Assembly: GCA_943704425.1 (NCBI GenBank)
Contig: CALSCP010002682.1
Coordinates: forward strand, 1 to 38,151
Length of the DNA: 38,151 bases
Direction of reading: 5' to 3'
From: Ministeria vibrans ATCC 50519
Taxonomy: Eukaryota > Protista > Filasterea
Position numbers and translations under genes: made by a program. This document shows, piece after piece, positions 14,301 through 27,602 of this stretch. The first letter of the stretch is position 1. Every line of letters begins with the position of its first letter. The notes under the pieces were generated by a model. The model was not told the DNA's origin and made no database searches. It was given only the letters and a program-made list of their open reading frames with translations.

Positions 14301-15174
14301 CGTCTTCTGGTACTTCTTTGTGGTGCTCAATGCGTCGCAGGGTCTCCTTCTTGCCATCTTCTTTGTATTCCTGGGCCGCGCGCGCAAGGACCTTGTCAAG
14401 CAAATCAAGATGCGCAATCCCATGGCGGCGGTGCGTCGCAACTTTACGACGTTTAGCACGCCCTCGTCGGCGACCGCCAACACATCGAGCGGCGGTGGTG
14501 GTAGTGGAACCCTGAGCAGTGGCTCGCCCAAGGTAAAGCGAGGTCTAAAGGCGAACGGTGGTGGCCGAGCCAAGGGTGCGAGCCATCCGGTCTCGGCCGA
14601 GTCCTTTGCCATGGTGTCCATGCCGTCGTTGGGCACAACGAGCGAACAATCGCCGCCCCGCTCCATTGGCGATGTGGAGCAGGAGACCGAGGCAATCCGC
14701 GAGATGATGGACATGTATGCCAATGTGCCCGAGATCCGTGTCAACAATGGCGTGGGCTTTTCCGACCATGAGCTAGCCCAGATGCACGAGATGCTTGCGG
14801 CCGGCGGCGACATGGACATGTCGTTTGTGCCCGCGTCCGTCATGCTGCAGGACCACACTCTCAATGCATACATTGAGACGCACCGTGCACCCTCGTCGGG
14901 CGGCAGCACCTACGACGACGACGACGACGACGACGTGGACAGCCACGAGAACCTGCTCTTCGTCGAGAGCCTCGAACAGCGTCGGCAGAACCGACGACAC
15001 TTTGCCAAGACGCTTCTGGCGCCCTCCTCCATCTCGTGGGAGTCGCCTGCCTCGCTGCTCTCCGGTGAGTCGGACGGCGTCGATCCGGACAACCGCTCCC
15101 TCGACGGCACCGTGCAGCTGCTCGACTACTCCAACGACGAGCTGCCCAAACGCGACCAAGTGTCGTCGCTGTAA
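8389..15174 (+). CDS. Adhesion GPCR paralogue 1, intronless, >=2261 aa: SP - Cys-rich/TNFR-like tip - 24 Ca-binding EGF (8821-11550) - receptor L-domain/LRR-like solenoid (~11551-12660) - GAIN/GPS - 7TM - acidic tail
   Basis: Single long ORF. Repeats follow the consensus [36 protein letters not shown]. GPS reads CVYWD..[8 protein letters not shown]...[15 protein letters not shown]. Secretin/adhesion-type 7TM motifs: [55 protein letters not shown]. A 6-N gap lies at 12068-12073. Confidence 0.93.
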   Translation: [2261 protein letters not shown]

Positions 15175-15918
15175 TCCCCGACTTTCATTTCTTCATTAAA
15201 AATCATTAATTATTGCTTCATTGTGTACTCATCGTTTGTTTATGACGCATCAGCTATGATCCGAAGCTTTCGTGAACATCACCAGCGAGAAGTCAGTCAA
15301 GTGCTCATATATTTAATTATTTTTGTGAATTGTAACTGACACTGACTCAAATTGTAAGCGTTTGATTTTCCGGCTCTCGATTGTTTTAATGTTTTTAAAA
15401 TTTTGTTCAATTTTCATTCTTATTTCTTTAATCTTTTCCCCTCACACTAAACTCGAGTTGCATTTCTTCTTCGCCTCATTTCACGCAACTTGACCAACCG
15501 ATCGATTCATCAATTGACTCGAATCTTTGAGGGTTTCTTGCACATTCTTTGGAATCGAAAAAAAAAATGCTTCGGTACGTTCCAACGGTCGCACGCCAAT
15601 GCACGCCGTTCCTCCGCGCAACCCTTAGCAGCACATGTATAAGTATGTCCAGGATCGGCGTTGGCCGGCCAATCTGCCTGTTTCCCGGGTGTGCTCTCTC
15701 TCTTTGGGACACATTTGGGGTATAGACATTGTTTCTGACGTGTCGACAGATTCACGTTTCGCCTACACACATTGTTTTTCTTGCTGCACACACGCCACCT
15801 GTGCTACGTGGGGTGTTTATCAACGTGTCACGACCACGCGGGGCATCAGCGGTGTTGTCTTCGTGACGTTTGCCCAAAAATGTGGGTTTTTCTGACGTTG
15901 TTGGATTTCGACATCTCA

Positions 15919-15954
15919 CACCGCACACGACCCACCGCACACGACCCACCGCAC
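15919..15954. repeat. 14-nt direct repeat (CACCGCACACGACC, 2.6 copies) just upstream of the paralogue 2 ATG
   Basis: caccgcacacgacc caccgcacacgacc caccgcac. Confidence 0.8.
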
Positions 15955-15980
15955 CTCCCGAGTGTCACTCACCTCTATTC

Positions 15981-18900
15981 ATGTCGTGTAGTCTTATGCT
16001 TGTCGTCGCGGGCGTTCTCCTGGCCAGTTCGCCCGCGCGCGCCTCGCCGCATTTCAAATCGGGACCTTACTTCGATGGCACGGTGTTGCCGCGCAGTGTC
16101 TCGCGTCGCGCAAACTGTTCGCCGGGCAAGTATTCCCTCACGGACTGCTGCTCCCAAGCGTCTGCCAAATGCGACTGTGCCTTAGACCCGCTCTGTCCGA
16201 CCTCCTGCGCCACCAGCTCTGTGGTCGGCACCGTTGTCACGTGCAACCCCTGCACCAAGTCATGTAACATGTGCACGAAGTGCGAAGCTTGTCCCGCCGG
16301 AAAGTCTGGCCAAAACGAAGTCTGTACCGATTGCGCGGCGGGAAAGGTACGTGTTAAAAAACCAAAAAGATGAACCTCCGCGGTGTTTATTCAATTTTTT
16401 TTTATTATAATTATTATTATTTTACGTCTGCTATTATGTGGTGTGCAGTACGCTGACGTCGCGGGTGTGAGTGTGTGTACGTCGTGCTCGTCCGGAACCT
16501 ACTCGACTGTGGGCGCGACCTCCTGCTTGGACGTTGACGAGTGCTTGTCGTCGCCCTGTGGCAACGGTGCGACGTGCACGAACAGCAACGACAAATTCGA
16601 GTGTGCGTGCGTGCCTGGCTGGTCCGGCGACCAATGTCTCACCAACGTCGACGAGTGCACATCCAACCCTTGCCAGAACGGCGCCACCTGCATCGATCAG
16701 CTCAACGCCTACTTATGTGTGTGCGTGCTCGGTTTCACCGGCACCCACTGCGACGGGGGCGAAAACCAATGTGACTCGAACCCGTGTCTTAACGGTGGTG
16801 TCTGCACCGACGGCAGCAGTGCCTTTTCGTGTGCATGCGTGCCAGGCTTCACTGGCGCCACGTGCGACGTCAACATCGACGAATGCGCTTCCGCTCCGTG
16901 CCTTCACGATGGCACCTGCACCGACAATGTCAATGGCTTCACCTGCAACTGCGTTGTGGGTTACCTTGGCGACACTTGCGAGATCAACGTGGACGACTGC
17001 CTCCAAAACTTGTGTCAGAATGGCGCTACTTGTGTCGACGCCGTGAATGCCTTCCAGTGCATGTGTGTCTCTGGGTTCGATGGAGTCTATTGCAGCGAGG
17101 ATGTCGACGAGTGTGCGTCGTCGCCGTGCGAGAATGGCGCCACCTGCGTCGACAAGGTCGGTCGTTTCTCGTGTACGTGCGCCCCGGGCTTTTCTGGCAC
17201 CGCGTGTGCGATCAACGTCGACGAGTGTGCCTCGAACCCCTGTCAAAACGGCGCGACATGCGTCGACGGAATCAACGGCTACACTTGCGCCTGTCCTTCA
17301 AGCTGGTTCGGTCTCATCTGCGACCTCAGCGTCGACGAGTGCGAGTCATCTCCCTGTCACAATAGTGCCGTGTGCGTCGACGTGCTCAACGGCTACGTGT
17401 GCTCGTGTGTTGCAGGCTACGCCGGTATCCTCTGCGAAATCAACGTTGACGAGTGCGCCTCAAGTCCGTGCCTCAATGGCGCGCCCTGCCACGACCTCAT
17501 CAACAGCTTCTCGTGCCTCTGTCTCGACGGCTACACGGGTGTTCAGTGCGAAACGAACATTGACGAGTGCGCTTCGTCGCCCTGCCTCAACGGCGGCCTC
17601 TGCAATGACTTGGAGAACTCCTACAGTTGCGCCTGTGACGACAACTACTACGGCACCGAGTGTGCTCACTTCAACGACTGTTTCTCGGCGCCTTGCCAGA
17701 ACGGCGCCACTTGCACTGACGAAGGCGAATCGTACGAGTGCATGTGTGCCGCTGGTTACGATGGTGACCAGTGCCAAGTGAACATTGACGAGTGTGCGTC
17801 GTCACCGTGCACCAACGGCGGTGTGTGCACCGACGAGGATAGCGCATACGCCTGCTCCTGTCCCCAGGGCTTCCTTGGCATCCACTGCGAGACCGACTTT
17901 GACGAGTGCGCCTCGACACCCTGTCAAAATGGCGCTCCCTGCAGCAATCTTCCGGGGGCCTTTTTTTGTGATTGCACCACTGGATGGTATGGCAAATTCT
18001 GCGAGGTAGACACCAACGAGTGTGCGTCGTCGCCATGCACCAATGGCGCTCAGTGTGTCAACGCCCAGACCGGCTACGCGTGCTCGTGCGTCAGTGGTTA
18101 CACGGGGATCCATTGCCAGCAAGAAATCAACGAGTGCAGCTCATCGCCGTGCTCCAATGGCGCGACCTGTCTCGACGGGGCCGACGGGTTCAGCTGTGTG
18201 TGCGCCTCGGGCTTTGTGGGCGTTGCGTGTGAGGCTGAAGAGAACGAGTGCAAGTCGTCGCCTTGCTCAAACGGCGCCACGTGTTTTGATAACGTCGATG
18301 GTTTTGCGTGCCTTTGTGCCGCCGGCTACACCGGTCTGGTCTGTCACGATGATTTGGACGAATGTGAGTCGTCGCCCTGTACCAATGGCGGTGTGTGCAG
18401 TGATGTGGCCAACGCCTACTCGTGTGCCTGTTCCTCAGGATTTACGGGTGTCGACTGTGAGACCAACGTGGCCGAGTGTGAGTCGTCACCATGCTCCAAC
18501 GGTGCCTCGTGTGTCGATGGTGTCGACGAGTACCTGTGTGTGTGTGCGTCGGGATTCACGGGCGTGCACTGCGAATCCAACGTTGACGAGTGTGCGTCGT
18601 CGCCCTGCCAACACGGTGGCACCTGTACTGACACTGTCGGTGGATTTGTCTGTGCCTGCCACACACACGTCGAGGGTCCTTTGTGCGACAGCGACTGTCG
18701 TCCAGTGTCCCTCATCACGACACAGGACCGCCTGAACCGCTTCCATGGCTGCACGTATACTCGTTCGGACCTCACCGTCTCGGGCAGTGCCATCACTTCG
18801 CTCGCAGGCCTCAACTCCCTCACGTACACCGACGGCTCGCTGCGCATCGAGAACACCCTTGCCACGAGCGTCTTCATTGACAACCTTGTCACCGTTCACG

Positions 18901-21900
18901 GCTCGTTGGAGATTGTCAACAATGCCAATGCCGCCATAATGTACTCAAGCTCGCTGACGACCATCGACGAACATCTCACCGTTTCATATATGCCCTTGCT
19001 TGCGTCCGCGTCGCTCTCTGCTCTGAGCGCCGTCGGTGCCTCACCCCTCACCCTCTCCAACCTGCCTCTGCTCGACGGTGCCTCTCTCGACACACTCAGC
19101 AAGGTTCCCTTTGCCGGCGCTGTCACCATTGAGAACACGGGCGCAACCTCGCTGGCTCTGCTCGGTGGCTCGACGGCCATCACTCACCTGACCGTCTCGT
19201 CCAACGCGGCTCTGACCACCCTTGCCGGCTGGGAATCCGCCGCGACCAATCTTTTCAGTGAGCTCGCGTCGCTTTCCATTGACGACAACTCTGCACTGAC
19301 ATCGTTCACGTGCCCCTCCCTGTTGTTCCGCTTTGCCTCTACTGTCTCCATCAGCATTTCGCGCAACCGTGCGCTCACGACACTCGACTGCTCCTTTGCG
19401 ACCCTTACTGCGGCCTCGACAGTACTCCTCGCCGACGACACATCGCTGACGACCCTGTCGGGCTTCCATGCGCTCACCCACGCCAGCAGCGTGACCCTGT
19501 CCAACAGTGGCCTCGTTTCGGTCAACGAGCTTGCCTTTGCCAGCCTCCACACCGCCGACCTGATCATCTCCGACAACGCCAAGCTGCTCTCCCTCGAAGC
19601 GTCTGGGTTTGCACTGGCGCTCTTGATAACACACACGGGCTCGCTGACTATCTCGGGTAACGACGTTCTCACCTCGGTGGGTTTCAACGGCCTTGTGACT
19701 CTGCAGGGATCGCTGACGATCCACAAGAACCCGCGTCTCGTCGACCTTTCGGGATTCCAGGCGCTCACCACCCTCTCCGGCTCGCTCATCGTCTCGAACA
19801 ACACCTACCTGTCGACCATGACAATGCTCCATGCCACCAACGACCTTCTCACCATCTTGGGAGCATTTGTGCTGACACACAACGCAGACTTGTGCGTCAC
19901 CGAGGTCGAGTCAGCCCTGGGCGACACGCTCGCCGTCTCCGGAACGCTCACGAGCACAGGCACCGCGCAGGACGGCTCACCGCCGTGTCTGCTCCATGCA
20001 TTGCGCAACGTCGTGCAGGGGGGCGTGGAGACCATTGATAAGGCCGACGAGACAGTGAGCAAGCTCGGCGACCTCACCAACGGCAACGGATGGACTTCCA
20101 TTCAGGATGCCGAATCAGCATCCAATCTTATTCTCAACTCGCTCACGAGCGTTCTCGGCTTTGTCCAGAACCAGACCAGTGCCAACGAGACGGCCGCCGA
20201 GATCTCCAACCGTACTCTCTCGGTGCTCGATAACATCCTGTCGCCCAGCTCAGTGGGTGTTCTCAACTCGGGCAACTCGTCGTCCAACCGCATTGCGTCG
20301 GTCGTCGAGGGCTTCGTCGGTGTTCTCGAAACCATTGCCATCTGTGACGGCGACGCACTCGCGCTGCACGGCACCAACCTTAACGTGGAGGTCCAGCGCC
20401 GCAGCAACAGCTCCGCCTTGGGCCTCAACTATGGCGACGGCTCTATTGTGTTGCCCAACAACTTTGAAGGCGCAGCGCACCTCACCCACCAAGGCTGTCT
20501 CAATCTGCAGTTTATTGCCTACAGCACGTCACCCTTTGTCTCTGCCAACAAAAATGCTTCGACCACCTCGAGCAACGTGGTGAGCTTCAGTGTGAGAAAT
20601 GCAACTGTCTCGGGTCTTACCAACGAGACGGGAATTCTTGTTACGCTGACGCACACGGAATCATCCGAGGAGACTCTTCTTGCCTGTGTATTCTGGGACG
20701 AATCGACTAAAGAGTGGTCCACCGAGGGTGTCACCATGGTCTCGCAGACGGACACACAGACTGTCTGTCGCACTCTGCATCTCACCAACTTTGCCATGCT
20801 TGCTATGCCCTCGTCCAAGACCCCCTCACTGGGCTCGGGCGCCACCAAGGCCCTCACGGTACTCACATACCTCGGCTGCTGTGCTTCCCTTGTGGGCATT
20901 GTTTTCATCTGGCTGACGTACTACCTTGTGCCGTCGTTCCGTTCGCATGCCATCAAGCTGCTGCTGCACCTCTCTGTTATGCTCTTCATGCTCAACATCA
21001 CCTTCCTGGCAGGCATTGATGCCACCGGGAACTCCATTGGGTGTTCATTTGTTGCCGTCTTTCTGTACTTCCTGCTCATGGCGGCGTTTGCATGGATGCT
21101 TGCCATTTCACACAACCTGTACTTCCTGGTGGTGCGTGTCATTGGCGAGCCCACTTCGGTGATGCGCTATGCTGTTGTGTGCTACTGCGTGCCGCTGGCC
21201 ATGACGCTCGTGCTGCTCATTGTTGATCTGTGCACCGACAGTGCAGTCGGACTGGGCGACGCGAACCGCTGTTGGATCTCCTCTGACCTGGGTCTCTACC
21301 TCGCAGTTCTTCTGCCTATTGCCTGTGTCATCCTTGTCAATCTCATTGTATTTGTGCGTGCCACTCGCGCACTCCTCAACAGTGGACCCAAGCATCACAA
21401 GAGCATGTACCCTAAGCGCACGCGCGAGAACCCGTCACAGTCGGTCGGCGTCCAGCGCTCGAGCACACTCCTTTCGCGCACGAGCACCTTTTTGTCGCGT
21501 AGCACTACTCGCAACACCACTCGCAACAAGAACTACCCCAAACGACCGGTCCAGCACGACCCCTCGACGCACTTCAAGGCGATCAAGCTCGCCTCGGGTC
21601 TTCTTACCAGTTTGGGTCTCGCCTGGATCATTGCGTTTGTGGCACTCGCCACCAACGAGCCCGTCTTTTGGTACTTCTTTGTGGTGCTTAATGCGTCGCA
21701 GGGCCTCCTTCTTGCCATCTTCTTTGTGTTCCTGGGCCGCGCGCGCAAGGACCTTGTCAAGAAGCTCAACTTGCACAACCCGATGACGGCGCTGCGTCGC
21801 CAGTTTACGACGCTGTCCTCGCCCGGCTCAACGCGCTCGAGCGCCACAGCCCTCACTACGGGCGCGTCGTCATCGACGCTCGTGCCCAACGGCAAGCGCG

Positions 21901-22625
21901 TCCAGCGTGGCTCTGTACCCGTGGCAAAACAGAAGCCGTTGGAGCCCAAGCGCAGCGGTGCGTGGGTGTCCGACGGCGCATTTGCCTCACAGGCATCTGT
22001 TGTGATGCAAATGGACGACGACGACGACGACTTGCGCGCTGTCGACGAAATGGAAATGGAGCAGATGAACCAGCACGCAGCGGGCTACTCAGAGGTGGAG
22101 ATGGCGCAGATGCACACGATGCTGTCGACCGACGAGCTCGACATGACCATTGTTCCTGCCGCCGTCATGCTGCAGGATCACGAACTGCGCGCTTACGTGA
22201 CGCCCGAGGAGCACGAAACCGTCGAAGACAGCCATTTCGACGATGGCTCTATCTTCGATGCCTTCTCCGACTGCGGCAGCTCAGACGATCTGTTGGGGGG
22301 CGACCGTTCAGTACCCATGTCGCCCATTGCGGTCACTCGCATGCGCATGGCCATCTCACGCGGCTCTGTTGGACAGTCCAACGAGAGCCTTTCGCCCAGT
22401 CCAAGTCCCGCCACCTCTTCTCCTGCGCTCTTCTCACCGATTCCCCCGCGTCAAATGTCGCGTCTCATGGCCCCTTCCAACGCCAACGTGTGGCAATCGC
22501 CTGCGTCGCTTATCTCGTCGGCCGATGCCGACGGCGACGACCGCTCCCTTGACGACGGCATGCTTCTGCGCGACCACGGCGACCACTCCGCCGGCCTCCA
22601 GCGCAACATGTCTGTCCGCCTCTAG
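15981..22625 (+). CDS. Adhesion GPCR paralogue 2, ~2180 aa, exons 15981-16346 and 16449-22625: same architecture with 19 EGF repeats
   Basis: Exon 1 encodes the signal peptide MSCSLMLVVAGVLLASSPARA and a Cys-rich tip homologous to paralogue 1 (CPAGK.G.N..C.DCAAGK). The phase-0 intron GTACGT...GTGCAG (16347-16448) joins it to YADVAG..., in frame with the 16383-22625 ORF. The GPS ([15 protein letters not shown]) is identical and the 7TM near-identical to paralogue 1. Confidence 0.92.
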
Positions 22626-22769
22626 ACTCTCTCTCTCTCTGTCTCTTGTAACTCTTGTATTCTACGTACTTGTTTTGAAATTACACGACTATTCGTCTTA
22701 TGATACTCTAATTTATCATCCTTTTGAATTATTTAGACAAAATTAATTATGATGTATTATTATATTATT

Positions 22770-25330
<2,561 letters not shown>

Positions 25331-25566
25331 GTGAGATCGACTGACAAAAAGTAGAAAAATGACTGATAGTCTGATACGATCTCGATTATTTTGATTTTAC
25401 AAATAATTCCCAATTGCGATGACGTCAATTTCTTCAACAGGTTAGGTCAAGACACGAAATCATTCCACGAATCCATTGTATCAATAGTGAGTTGAAACTT
25501 GAACTTTCAACTTTGCTTTGGTGCCTCTGTGTCCCCAGTTTTATTCGTCTGTTCTGCGGTTGTATT
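25331..25566. promoter_or_regulatory. Putative bidirectional promoter between the nuclease and GH genes, containing the CRE-type palindrome TGACGTCA (25420-25427)
   Basis: Two divergent ATGs are only 236 nt apart; the interval is AT-rich with a perfect TGACGTCA. Confidence 0.45.
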
Positions 25567-27462
<1,896 letters not shown>

Positions 27463-27602
27463 AAAGTCAATAAATAACAAAGGAAACTCTCTCATACATG
27501 ATTTCATTACTCTCTCCCTCTCTCTCTATCACTTTGTTTCTTTCTCCCTCCTTTCTCTCTCACACACCCACACACACACACATTCACAGAAAATAGACCC
27601 AC

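Noticed and set aside
16383-16448. ORF-track N-terminus MFIQFFFIIIIIILRLLLCGVQ as the signal peptide of GPCR2
   Set aside because: It is AT-rich intron sequence. The true signal peptide and Cys-rich tip are in the upstream exon 15981-16346.
8821-18690. 114-nt periodic repeats as a CRISPR array or satellite
   Set aside because: They are in-frame coding EGF repeats in a eukaryotic gene, with no repeat-spacer structure and no cas genes.
8331-22746. Many overlapping alternate-frame and antisense ORFs across the two GPCR genes
   Set aside because: Shadow ORFs expected from GC-rich codon usage and 114-nt repeats; no independent domain signal.
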